From the NCBI RefSeq assembly GCF_006345805.1, contig NC_043020.1, positions 12,524,001-12,588,000 of the forward strand: a DNA stretch of 64,000 nt. The letters run 5' to 3'. Positions 1 to 40,990 of this stretch are shown one piece after another; the first letter of the stretch is position 1; every line of letters starts with the position of its first letter. The DNA is from Octopus sinensis (taxonomy: Eukaryota). The position numbers were made by a program, and so were the translations under genes. The notes beneath the pieces were generated by a model that was not told the origin of the DNA, searched no databases, and saw nothing but the letters and a program-made list of their open reading frames with translations.

Positions 1-225
1 TCTATTACCCACAAGGGGCTAAACATAGAGGGGACAAACAAGGACAGACAAACGGATTAAGTCGATTACATCGACCCCAGTGCATAACTGGTACTTAATT
101 TATCGACCCCGAGGGTATGAAAGGCAATGTCGACCTCGGCGGAATTTGAACTCAGAACGTAACGACAGACGAAATACCGCTAAGCATTTCGCCCGGCGCG
201 CTAACGTTTCTGCCAGCTCGCCGCC
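1..225 (-). mobile_element. tRNA-derived SINE, family B (about 12 copies in window: ~14345-14570, 26640-26735, 28090-28665 x3, 29435-29665, 46070-46255, 53140-53325, 54488-54709, 55823-56027 and fragments)
   Basis: Head GGCGGCGAGCTGGCAGAAACGTTAG with B-box GTTCAAATTCC; central GTCGACTTTGCCTTTCATCCTTTCGGGGTCGAT; copies are near-identical and interspersed. Confidence 0.85.
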
Positions 226-770
226 TTTTCTTCAGCACCGTATAACAAAACTGAATCTACCGTGAGATAAAAAAATAATTTTCAATTCATGTGTCCCTAG
301 AACTTCAGATCTTACGCAGTTTGTGATTTTTATAAATTCCTAATAATTAAGATCTAAAATGTGAGATCATCTTTACCCTGATGACAGAGTCCCGTCTTAT
401 CCAAGTCAATTGCATCCATACGGCCGCATATTGTGATGAACTAAATCTACCAGCATTATTATGGATGGACCGAATCCCCAGAAAACAGATGTTGGGCTTA
501 TATCACCCTTCTTACATCCTTTTAATTTTTTCTGTCGTTTGTACTCCGTGAAAGTTGGACCTAGTTTATACTTACATGTTTATACTTAAAAATTCATCAT
601 CTGAAAGTCTTCACCTCTTGCTTTCTCTCGTTTTGGTGTGTGTACGTATATATATATATATATATATTATATCGGGAAGGTTTACGAAAAATAAACAAAA
701 GACGAAGGCAGGTGGAGTACAAAACAACAAATGTATTAGTATGGCGCTCAGGAATCGAAATATAACGAGT

Positions 771-807
771 ATTTTACGTTTCGAGCCTACGCTCTTCGAC
801 AGAAAGA
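771..807 (-). ncRNA. Hammerhead-like motif, U6-variant family, copy 1
   Basis: TCTTT-CTGTCGA-A-GAGC-GTAG-GCTC-GAAA-C-GTA/AAAT. Confidence 0.5.
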
Positions 808-878
808 TACACAGAAAAGAAACAAGGAGAGAACAAATTGCGTGTAGGAGCTAACGATCCAACATGGCGTTCACTATA

Positions 879-921
<43 letters not shown>

Positions 922-1239
922 TATTTATATATATATATAATATAATATAAGGAAATGAAGAAAATGCTGACAAAATAATTTAAGTAATTTAAGTAATTTA
1001 ATTAGGTGAAAGTTCTTTTTAGCGGTTGCGCATTTGTTATGCTTATCAAAAGATAGATTTTTTCCTCTTATCTCTTTCCAGATAAGAGGAAAAAATCTAT
1101 CTTTTGATAACATAGCAAATGCGCAACCGGTAAAAGAACTTCACCTAATTAAATGACTTAAATTACTTAAATTATTTTGTCAACATTTTCTTCATTTCCT
1201 TTTTTATATATCACAACTCGTGTTCCACATCTCCTTTTT

Positions 1240-1271
<32 letters not shown>

Positions 1272-1273
<2 letters not shown>

Positions 1274-1621
1274 ATTTCATACTCAAACTAATACATTTAA
1301 TATATTTGATGTATCCAATTTGCCTGGTGGGGGAGAGAAAGAGAAAATTTAGGAGTGTTAGGAAATTAGAATTAGGATAAAAGAAGAAAAGAAGAAAGAG
1401 AGAGAGAGAGGATAGAGTTTTACTGTTGAGTCATGAACTATCAATTTACCTGGAGCTATTATGTTCTCTCCACTGCCCTCTCGTTCTCCTCTCCTTCTCA
1501 TTCTCCCTCTCTTTCTTCTTGTCTCCTTTTCTCCTAACCCTCCTAAATTTTCTCTTTCTCTCCCCACCAGGCAATTTAGATACATCAATATATTAAATGT
1601 ATTTGTTTGAGTATGAAATAC
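1272..1621. mobile_element. MITE-like element with ~78-bp terminal inverted repeats
   Basis: GTATTTCATACTCAAAC..GCCTGGTGGGG..TTTAGGAG pairs with CTCCTAAA..CCCCACCAGGC..GTTTGAGTATGAAATAC. Confidence 0.7.
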
Positions 1622-3159
1622 TTTAACCCTTTAACTCTTTTTAATGTATATACAGGATGTCCCAATAACTTACAGTTGACCTAATAAATTACCCCAGTCT
1701 ATATTCACAAAACCTTCGCCTGACAAGCTTCGATTTTACAAATTTTTTTCTCCTACTCCCCCACCTCTCCTTTTCTTTATTCTTATTTTTCTTAACACCT
1801 TCAGACATTTTCCACTCCACTTCCATATATTGGGTCAATAAATACTTGGCAGTACATTTTTAATCAACCAAATATGAACCATTTTGTTGCACAATGCGTC
1901 GCCATCTTTCCTTTAACTTGAAAATACCCTCGTCCCAGAACTAAGGTGGTTTACTCTTTTACTCTTTACTCTTTTACTTGTTCAGTCATTTGACTGCGGC
2001 CATGCTGGAGCACCGCCTTTAGTAGAGCAAATCGACCCCGGGACTTATTCTTTGTAAGCCCAGTACTTATTCTATCGGTCTCTTTTGCCGAACCGCTAAG
2101 TGACAGGTTTCATGGCAAATAATTCATCAAAGTACCAAGGAAATGAAATTTTTACCATTAAGACTGTTCTGTAGAGCCCTGAATAAGTGGAAATCCGATG
2201 GAGCAATATCTGGTGAATATGGAGGGTGGGGTAACACATCCCAGTCGAGCCGCAGCAATTTTTGTCTGGTTCCCAAAGCATCAAGTGGCGAAGATGAACT
2301 TTCTTATCTTCCATTTTAAAGGGTTACAGAATTAACACAGGTTGTAGGAAGATAACCTTCTTCCACGAAAAGATAGTTTAAACTGTGCTCTAAATAGAGG
2401 TGTAGTCAAATCCTATTTTGTGGATTCAACCATGTTCTAAAATAAGTCGAAAGGTAAGCTACTATAAATCGGTACGAACTTTCCTGACAACCCAATATTT
2501 CTTTCTTCTTCACTCATAGGCTTTTCGTTTCTTTTCTGTTCTTTCACTTCGTGTTTTCCAGGACAAGTAAACACAGAGAATGGACCCTTCATCAGTTGTC
2601 AGCTGTCTAGCTACTCCTCATTTCGAGCATTCACGGCAATACACGCACACTGAGGAACAGCACTAATTTCAGTCAGCTATCTTCTCTCTCGATCTATCTA
2701 TTGATCTATCGGTTCACTTCTCAGGCAGTATACTCTAGCTACGTCCTTCTTTCAAATTTGGTGTAGCAAAAGATTTGGCCCTTCGTTGCGAGAGGAGTGC
2801 AAGTGTTAAGAGTAAACGGATCGACAGAAGTCTGTGATGGAGTCATAGAAAGGCGAAGGGGTGGTACAGAACGAGAGCTAACTGAGAGATAGTTACCAAT
2901 GGCTGTAGAAGTTGGGTGGCCACAAGAAGCAGAAGATGAATTATAAGAAATTATAAGAAATTTGAATTAGAGTGACTGGAAGTCTTGTTTGCATACGACT
3001 CTTACGATTTTTTTTCAGCGGTATAATACCAAATTTGGTATGAGGGTTTTTCATTAATCGGGGAAGATTGTAGTGGGTCAAATTTTGGCCCTTGCACATA
3101 TAGAGGTCTGTAGCCGCCCCCATACGACCCTTCCGATTTCTTTGCAACGGTAAAATAGT

Positions 3160-5485
3160 TTCACTTATATTCTTTCATTTCTCATAAAACTATAGTTTCA
3201 TTTTATTCTTTCATTTCTCATAAAACTATAGTTTCATTCTATTCTTTCATTTCTCATAAAACTATAGTTTCATTCTATTCTTTCATTTCTCATAAGACTA
3301 TAGTTTCATTCTATTCTTTCATTTCTCATAAACTATAGTTTCATTCTATTCTTTCACTTCTCATAAAACTATAGTTTCATTCTATTCTTTCACTTCTCAT
3401 AAACTATAGTTTCATTCTATTCTTTCATTTCTCATAAAACTATAGTTTCATTCTATTCTTTCACTTCTCATAAAACTATAGTTTCATTCTATTCTTTCAT
3501 TTCTCATAAAACTATAGTTTCATTCTATTCTTTCACTTCTCTAAAACTATAGTTTCATTCTATTCTTTCACTTCTCATAAAACTATAGTTTCATTCTATT
3601 CTTTCACTTCTCATAAAACTATAGTTTCATTCTATTCTTTCACTTCTCATAAAACTATAGTTTCATTCTATTCTTTCACTTCTCATAAAACTATAGTTTT
3701 CATTCTATTCTTTCATTTCTCATAAAACTATAGTTTCATTCTATTCTTTCATTTCTCATAAAACTATAGTTTCATCTATTCTTTCATTTCTCATAAACTA
3801 TAGTTTCATTCTATTCTTTCACTTCTCATAAAACTATAGTTTCATTCTATTCTTTCACTTCTCATAAAACTATAGTTTCATTCTATTCTTTCATTTCTCA
3901 TAAAACTATAGTTTCATTCTATTCTTTCACTTCTCATAAAACTATAGTTTCATTCTATTCTTTCATTTCTCATAAAACTATAGTTTCATTCTATTCTTTC
4001 ACTTCTCATAAAACTATAGTTTCATTCTATTCTTTCACTTCTCATAAAACTATAGTTTCATTCTATTCTTTCATTTCTCATAAAACTATAGTTTCATTCT
4101 ATTCTTTTCTTTATTTCTCATAAAACTATAGTTTTCATTCTATTCTTTCATTTCTCATAAAACTGTAGTTTCATTCTATTCTTTCACTTCTCATAAAACT
4201 ATAGTTTCATTCTATTCTTTCACTTTTCATAAAACTATAGTTTTCATTCTATTCTTTCATTTCTCATAAAACATAGTTTCATTCTATTCATTCTATTCTT
4301 TCATTTCTCATAAAACTATAGTTTCATTCTATCTTTCACTTCTCATAAAACTATAGTTTCATTCTATTCTTTCACTTCTCATAAAACTATAGTTTCATTC
4401 TATTCTTTCACTTCTCATAAAACTATAGTTTCATTCTATTCTTTCACTTCTCATAAAACTATAGTTTCATTCTATTCTTTCACTTCTCATAAAACTATAG
4501 TTTCATTCTATTCTTTCACTTTTCATAAAACTATAGTTTCATTCTATTCTTTCATTTCTCATAAAACTATAGTTTCATTCTATTCTTTCATTTCTCATAA
4601 AACTATAGTTTCATTCTATTCTTTCATTTCTCATAAAACTATAGTTTCATTCTATTCTTTCATTTCTCATAAAACTATTTTCATTCTATTCTTTCATTTC
4701 TCATAAAACTATAGTTTCATTCTATTCTTTCATTTCTCATAAAACTATAGTTTCATTCTATTCTTTCATTTCTCATAAAACTATAGTTTCATTCTATTCT
4801 TTCATTTCTCATAAAACTATAGTTTCATTCTATTCTTTCATTTCTCATAAAACTATAGTTTCATTCTATTCTTTCACTTCTCATAAAACTATAGTTTCAT
4901 TCTATTCTTTCATTTCTCATAAAACTATAGTTTCTTCTATTCTTTCACTTCTCATAAAACTATAGTTTCATTCTATTCTTTCATTTCTCATAAAACTATA
5001 GTTTCATTCTATTCTTTCATTCTCATAAAACTATAGTTTCATTCTATTCTTTCACTTCTCATAAAACTATAGTTTCATTCTATTCTTCACTTTTCATAAA
5101 ACTATAGTTTCATTCTATTCTTTCATTTCTCATAAAACTATAGTTTCATTCTATTCTTTCAATTCTCATAAAACTATAGTTTCATTCTATTCTTTCATTT
5201 CTCATAAAACTATAGTTTCATTCTATTCTTTCATTTCTCATAAAACTATAGTTTCATTCTATTTCTCACTTTTCATTATAAAACTATAATATTGTTTCGC
5301 TTTTATTCTTTCACTTTTCATAAAACTAATATGTTTCGCTTTTATTCTTTCACTTTTCATCATATAAATTAAAACTATAATATTGTTTCGCTTTTATTCT
5401 TTCACTTTTCATAAAACTATAATATTGTTTCGCTTTTATTCTTTCACTTTTCATAAAACTATAATATTGTTTCACTTTTCTACTT
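3160..5485. repeat. 36-bp minisatellite (about 58 copies) grading into a 42-bp variant at the right edge
   Basis: Unit ATTCTTTCAYTTCTCATAAAACTATAGTTTCATTCT, containing the 12-bp palindrome AAACTATAGTTT; no spacers. Confidence 0.95.
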
Positions 5486-6114
5486 TCACTGATTGCTTCA
5501 CTCGTATTCTTACTGTCTGTGTGTATGTGTGTGTGTGTTTCCTCTATGCATGGCTAAACCGCTGGATAAATTTGAACCAAATTTGGCGGTCTGGAAATTA
5601 CGTCGGTTTTGTTTTATCGTTTTATGGTAAAAGAAGCTCTGTGGTGGCACCGTCTGAAAGGTTTGAAGACTGACATTTTCCTATCTGATCGAGCTCTCAT
5701 CAACTTTTTAAAATATTCTTTGAGGAAGAATGTGAGAGCAGAGAAGGAGGTGGTGCTTTGAAAAGTGGGTGGGAGCGGTAAGAATGGTGATGCTGCACCG
5801 ACCTACTCTGAGAATGCTTTTCTAATATGAAGAAAAGAAACTGGATAATGACGCTTCCCTTGGTAGAATAAAGGGCTTTTCGTTTTGGACTTTTCTTGAA
5901 TTACCCTAAGAGGACCACCCTGCTATTGGCCAGTCTGTTTATTAATTACTTGTTTTCCTAATTTTCCTTCTTGTATCCTTTTGTTATATTCTTAATGTGC
6001 CTCCTCTTGATCGATGCAAACCTCACCTGTTTTGCATTGCATCTCGTCCTTTGATATTGTCCTTCCACGTTTTGAGTCCTTGTGGCCAATAAAAGAAAGC
6101 TTAATGATCATCAC

Positions 6115-6160
<46 letters not shown>

Positions 6161-6180
6161 TTTGTTTACATAATTTTTAC

Positions 6181-6205
6181 ATAAATGCTTCTTCTGCTTT
6201 TGCAG
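6181..6205 (+). promoter_or_regulatory. Probable splice acceptor upstream of the start codon (implies an upstream non-coding exon)
   Basis: atgcttcttctgcttttgcag|G: pyrimidine tract plus CAG, 163 nt before the ATG. Confidence 0.5.
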
Positions 6206-6368
6206 GGAAGGGGTAAAAGCCAGACACACAGACAGACACACGCACGTGAAGAGCGGTGATATAAAAATCAAGTATATATACACACTGACCTGATTAAAAC
6301 AAGAAATTACATAAGAAATAGTAAACTGTTAATTAAAAAAAAAAAGTCAATCTTCGATATTTGCTGAG

Positions 6369-34563
<28,195 letters not shown>

Positions 34564-34661
34564 CTCGTCCAAAATCAATGAGAAAAGTGTCCTGTTATAG
34601 TTACTATTCGGAATGTATAGAGACGATGTGCATATTTTTTTTTACTCGCATCGCAGTTTTC

Positions 34662-34676
34662 ATTAAAATCATTAAA
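34662..34676 (+). terminator. Possible polyadenylation signals (ATTAAA x2) about 100 nt after the stop
   Basis: ATTAAA at 34662 and 34671; a weak variant hexamer in AT-rich context. Confidence 0.3.
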
Positions 34677-34888
34677 ATCATTCCATTGATTTCTCCTTTA
34701 ATTTTCACTTGTTTCCTACGTCGTCTGATATGAGTATCCTGATTATAACAAGCAACTGAAACAAAATTTTGATACTGCTTTACTTAAACACTCACATTTT
34801 GTGTTGTTCAATTTTATTTTCCTTTTATTGTTTTGATTTGTCATTTTGTTTTGGAGCTTTCCTTGTTAATATTACCTTTAAATCTCTC

Positions 34889-34988
34889 NNNNNNNNNNNN
34901 NNNNNNNNNNNNNNNNNNNNNNNNNNNNNNNNNNNNNNNNNNNNNNNNNNNNNNNNNNNNNNNNNNNNNNNNNNNNNNNNNNNNNNNN
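34889..34988. other. Assembly gap (100 N)
   Basis: Exactly 100 N, typical of a scaffold join of unknown size; the two sides may not be truly adjacent. Confidence 0.99.
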
Positions 34989-35277
34989 AATACGGCTACG
35001 CATTTCGCCGGCGTGTAATGATTCTGCCAGCTCACCACCTTGTCGTTGGAATTTAGCATCTACCCTTCTTCTTGTACGAAACCTGAAGTGCCGAACGGAG
35101 GTCGTCTGTGTGTGCGTGTGTTCTGCAGCACTTTACTCGACGTCATCAAGCGTTTTCATGTCGTCTGTGTAGAAAAATATGTAAATCTCTCGCTGGACTA
35201 AAAGAGTATTTTTTGAGATCATTGAAAGTTAGCATCCATCCTTCTTCGTGTACAAGACTCTGGAGTACCAAACGAAA

Positions 35278-35345
<68 letters not shown>

Positions 35346-35706
35346 GCACCTGTTCTCACAAATAAATCAAGCGTTTTGTTTTCATGTCGTCTGTGTAAAA
35401 AGAAAAACCCCCAAAACTTGTAAATCTCTTGCTGGACTAAAGAGTCGTTTCCAGTCACCATAGTACGTAGACTATCCCTAAGCATCTTCTTGTCATTTTA
35501 AGACTGTTAATTATTCAGACTATATCACCTGTAAGTTTTTGTGTTGGTTTTTAACTAGTTTTTCACCTGTGTGTATGTACACTCTCAGTGCTGGAATTGA
35601 GAAAAGTCGTCCTCGACTAACAAGCCGACGGCCATCATCATTATCATGTGTGCGTTTGCGTTGCGTTTTGTGTTCCTTTTATATACCAGACATACAGACA
35701 GACAGT

Positions 35707-35787
<81 letters not shown>

Positions 35788-35798
35788 GATGATAGATA

Positions 35799-35860
<62 letters not shown>

Positions 35861-36073
35861 TTATAATCGAAGCTATCTTCTTGAGTGAGAGATGTCTTAC
35901 ATGCTTCTTCTACTTGTACATTTTTGTAACTCCTATTAGCAAATGAAACATGTGTAATGGTGAATAGATAATAGCAAATTCGTTTCCAATTTCCCACTTT
36001 GATATGTGTGTGTGTGTGTGTGCAACAGCGGTGCTCCAGCATGGTCACAGCATTGAGCTGAAGCAAATATACA

Positions 36074-36111
<38 letters not shown>

Positions 36112-36188
36112 CATATATATACTTTGATACTTTGATAGGTTTGGCCATTATTGGCCCAGGCCATGTCTAACTTAATAGCACCACCTGG

Positions 36189-36242
<54 letters not shown>

Positions 36243-36451
36243 CATATATACACACATACATACATGCATGCATTCATACATAGACAGACAGGCAGGCAAG
36301 TAGGTAGGTAGGTAGGTAGGTAGGTAGGTAGGTATGTAGGTAGGTATGTAGGTAGGTAGATAGGTAGATAGGTAGGTAGGTAGATAGGAAGGTAGGTAAG
36401 TAGGTAAGTAGGTAGACAGATCGATAGATAGAGATAAATAGATAGACAGGC

Positions 36452-36554
<103 letters not shown>

Positions 36555-37053
36555 TGATATATCTTATATACGCATGTATAATATATAATTACAAATAATG
36601 AAAACGTCTTCCAAGTATAATTTTCTCGTAATCTGTATGTCAATGTGTGCGTGCGCGCGCCCGTGCGTGCGCATCACGAGATATATTTTATTCTACTCCA
36701 GATTCCAGGAGTACATTTCTGTCAATGAATGATCAATGGTAGCCACGTATTTCCGGTCGAGCAATTTCATACTTCCGGTAGCATTTATACTGACATGGAT
36801 TTGATATGGAGGAATTGGACGCCTTTGATATGTCGGTGACTCTATGTGCGTGCATGTGAATGCATCTATTTGTATGTGTAATGTGTGCACGTAGGGTATG
36901 TGGGTCTGTGTGTTCGTGAATATTTGCATGTATGTGCATGCGTATGTGTGAGCCTAATTGAATACGTACGCGTATTATATGTACGTATGTACGTATGTGT
37001 ATGTATACACACATATACATATGTACATACATAATATACATACATGTATACAT

Positions 37054-37100
<47 letters not shown>

Positions 37101-37559
37101 AACACTCAGACACACACACATATGTAGAAGGCTGAAAAAGAACACACGAGTTGATATTTTCTAGGGAAAATAAGACAAGGCAGAAAATGCTAAAATAATT
37201 TTATCATGAAGAACATTTTAGTACCGGTATCAGGCTTTGCGATTTATTCAACTTAGAGTAAAGCATGAAAAACAATGCTTTAGTCTAAGTTGAAAAAGTC
37301 GCAAAGTCTGAAACCGGTACTAAAATGTTCTTCATGATAAAATTGTTTTTAGCATTTTCTACCTTGTTTTATTTTCCATATCTATCTATATCTATCTATC
37401 TATCTATATATATATATATATATACATTGTACATTTAAACACATAAGAGGTAGCCATCATAGGACTACCTGCACGCTAGAGAGGACAGTTAAATTCCGAA
37501 CCACTATTAGAGATAATGCATCGAAGGAAATGAAAAATAAAAACATTTACCATCTAACT

Positions 37560-37630
37560 CCTGGACCAATGGTTTCAGACTTTTTTTTAGCAAATAAAAT
37601 AATTTGCTAGGCGAAGCCTTCTTCAGCGGG
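37560..37630 (-). ncRNA. Type I hammerhead motif with internal hairpin in stem II
   Basis: Minus strand CCCG-CTGAAGA-AGGC-TTCGCC-[TAGCAAAT/ATTTGCTA]-A7-GTCT-GAAA-CCATTG-GTC/CAGG. GUC triplet; one mismatch in stem I. Confidence 0.6.
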
Positions 37631-37916
37631 TACACCTTAGATTAAATATATATACACGAGCCAATCCAGTATATGCCCCGCAGCTCCCTGTCGGCGGTAA
37701 ATAAGTATGTCGGCCTTTTCATTTTGAAAATCATCCCAAAAATTATCAATAATTAATAATATCAAATGGTAATCTGTATTATTGGAAATTTCCATTACAA
37801 TCCTCTTCTTCCCCTCCCCTTCTCTCCCCTCTTCTCCCCCTCCCCCTCTTCTCCTCACTACACCACACGACTTTACACATCACATCATATAGATGTCCAT
37901 ACTAAACATACACCAA

Positions 37917-38225
37917 CTAATACATACTAATACGTACTAATACATACTAATACATACTAATACATACACCAACCCTATACATACACACGTCCAGGCCCCT
38001 CATACGCACTTATACTCTCTCATACACACACACACACTTATACATACTAATACGTACTAATACATACTAATACATACTAATACATACACCAAACCCATAC
38101 ATACGCACGTCCAGACCAATCCTACGCACTAATACTCTCTCATACACCACACACACACACCCTTATACATACTAATACATACACCAACCCTATACATACA
38201 CACGTCCAGACCCCTCCTACGCACT
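37917..38225. repeat. ~120-bp tandem repeat built of TAATACATAC subunits (about 2.6 copies)
   Basis: Repeated ..CATACACCAACCCTATACATACACACGTCCAG.. blocks. Confidence 0.8.
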
Positions 38226-38406
38226 ATTAGCTGGTCCGTCAACACCTATTATCAACCTATTATCAACCCATATCTCCCCTTATTTCGCTCTCGCGTCTCA
38301 TGTTTGATCTTTGACCTCTGGCCGAAATCAGATCGCATGTTGATTCGTTAGCTACTGCACGCATTTTTTTCTCTCCTTCTTTCTGTGTTTTTTTTCTCTC
38401 TGTGTA

Positions 38407-38444
38407 TCTTTCTGTTGAAGAGCGTAGGCTCGAAACGTTAAAGA
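38407..38444 (+). ncRNA. Hammerhead-like motif, U6-variant family, copy 3
   Basis: TCTTT-CTGTTGA-A-GAGC-GTAG-GCTC-GAAA-C-GTT/AAAGA. Confidence 0.55.
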
Positions 38445-38544
38445 CTTGTTTTATTTATATTTCCTGAGCGCCATACTAATACAATTGTTCGTTTGTTTTT
38501 CCACCTGCCTTCGTCTTTTGTCTATTTTCATAAAGCTTCCCGTA

Positions 38545-38620
<76 letters not shown>

Positions 38621-38623
38621 ATA

Positions 38624-38668
<45 letters not shown>

Positions 38669-38725
38669 GAATATATATTAATATATATTATATATCTATA
38701 TGTATATATATATATTATATATATG

Positions 38726-38810
<85 letters not shown>

Positions 38811-39309
38811 AAGTTAATCCAAACAAGAAAACACAGAAAAAAAGAGAAAAAAAGAGAGAGAAAAAAAAAACACACCAACGCAGGACGTGGAACATATATG
38901 CATGTTTTTCTTTGTAATTTATTTAATAATCTTCGCAGATATACGGCCTATCACTTACAAAGTTCCAGACGTTTGTGAATATGTGGTTTTTTGTGTATAT
39001 ATACATATTCTTATGTGTTTGTGCGTGTGTGTGTGTATGTGTGTGCATGTTTGTGTGTATCTGTGTATGTGTTTTTGTATGTGTGTGTGGTTGTGGATTT
39101 TTTTTGTAGATATACTCGTACTTATGTAACGGATGTACATATCCTTTTAGTCCATCAGATTACTAGTGTTTTATTACTCTGCTGTATGTATATTCAAGGA
39201 AACTTAGATGTAGAATCCTTGGAATATTTTACAAATCTTCACTCTGCCACAAATGGATTAAATTTGGAAGATGCGAAGATTATTAAATGAATTACAAATA
39301 AAAACATGC

Positions 39310-39347
<38 letters not shown>

Positions 39348-40990
39348 ACATATATAAATGTGTATTTTTCCTTTGACGTTATATCCTATAACGTGTTTTT
39401 TTTTAAACAAACTTAATAGCGTTCAGTTAATCGCTATACATATCCATCATTTTCTGTTAAAATGTCTTATTGACCGAGTTTCATTTCTTTATTTCCCTGA
39501 AGAGAAGATTACATTGTTTTACACCATTTTATTCCTCTGGAATAATACCAGTGATATCTTCGAAACATGTGTCGGAAGTAAAAGTATTTGAATAACACCT
39601 GCATTTAACTCCGTATATATATATGTGAGTGTGTATGTCTGTGTGTGTTGTGTGTGTATGTATGTATTTTTACTCTTTTACTTGTTTCAGTCATTTGATT
39701 GCGGCCATGCTGGAGCACCGCCTTTAGTCGAGCAACTCGACCCGGGACTTATTCTTTTTGTAAGCCCAGTACTTATTCTATCGGTCTCTTTTTGCCGAAC
39801 CGCTAAGTGACGGGGAACGTAAACACACCAGCATCGGTTGTCAAGCAATGCTAAGGGAACAAACACAGACACACAAACACACACACCATAAATATATATA
39901 TATATATATACATATATACGACAGGCTTCTTTCAGTTTCCGTCTACCAAATCACTCACAAGGCATTGGTTGGCCCGGGGCTATAGCAGAAGACACTTGCC
40001 CAAAGTGCCACGCAGTGGGACTGAACCCGGAACCATGTGGTTGGTAAGCAAGCTACTTAGCACACAGCCACTCCTTGTATGTAAATCCCATAATTAACCC
40101 GGTACATATGAAAATCGATAGACTATACAAGAGCTGTATGTTCCTCGTTGGTATCGTTTTTCACAGCTTTAGACCAAACATTCATACTCGCTGAGCAGCT
40201 GGCGTCTACAGCTGTGCCCGATTTTTGTTCCTTGTGTCATAGAACAGTACCAGGTCTTCGATGTTCACATTGGGTGGCTTTTTTTCTCTTAAAATGAAAA
40301 TAGTTGAAGATAAATGCATAATCGAATGATTAAGGCAAGTGTTCAAAATATGATAATTTTCAAACTGATTTCAACGGAACAGAAGAGCCTGGGAGATTGC
40401 ATTACGCAGATCAGAAACACGTGGAATTGTAATTCCGTCACAAACAAAAACAAACAGGATTTTGTCAAATCCGTACAAATAACCTAGAGGTACGAATATC
40501 CCCAAACTCTTTTTTCTCTTTTTTTTTTTTTTTTACTTGTTTCAGTCATTTGACTGTGGCCATGCTGGAGCACCGCCTTTAATCGAGCAACTCGACCGCG
40601 GGACTTATTCTTTGTAAGCCCAGTACTTATTCTATCGGTCTCTTTTGCCGAACCGCTAAGTGGCGGGGACATAAACACACCAGCATCGGTTGTCAAGCAA
40701 TACTAGGGGGACAAACACAGACACACAAACATACACGCACACACATATATATATATACATACATATATACGACAGGCTTCTTTCAGTTTCCGTCTACCAA
40801 ATCCACTCACAAGGCTTTGGTCGGCCCGAGGCTATAGTAGAAGACACTTGCCCAAGGTGCCACGCAGTAGACTGAACCCAGAACCATGTAGTTCGTAAGT
40901 AAGCTTCTTACCACAGAGCCACTCCTGCGCCTGTTTGTTTTTGTGAGGAAGAGGTTATTCTTTAAGTGTGGAACTCAAAATAAGTAAAAC

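Noticed and set aside
3160-5485. 36-bp repeats of CRISPR-like length with an internal palindrome
   Set aside because: Repeats are contiguous with no unique spacers, there are no cas genes, and the context is eukaryotic.
35140-35450. C2H2-like CRLCRKICKSLAGLK motif, present twice
   Set aside because: Histidines are missing and the motif is isolated; best explained as a decayed LINE C-terminal zinc finger, not a host gene.
38920-39290. Exon-like snippets (DIRPITYKVPD; GNLDVESLEYFTNLHSATNGLNLEDAKIIK*)
   Set aside because: No recognisable homology, weak donor sites, and no consistent gene model.
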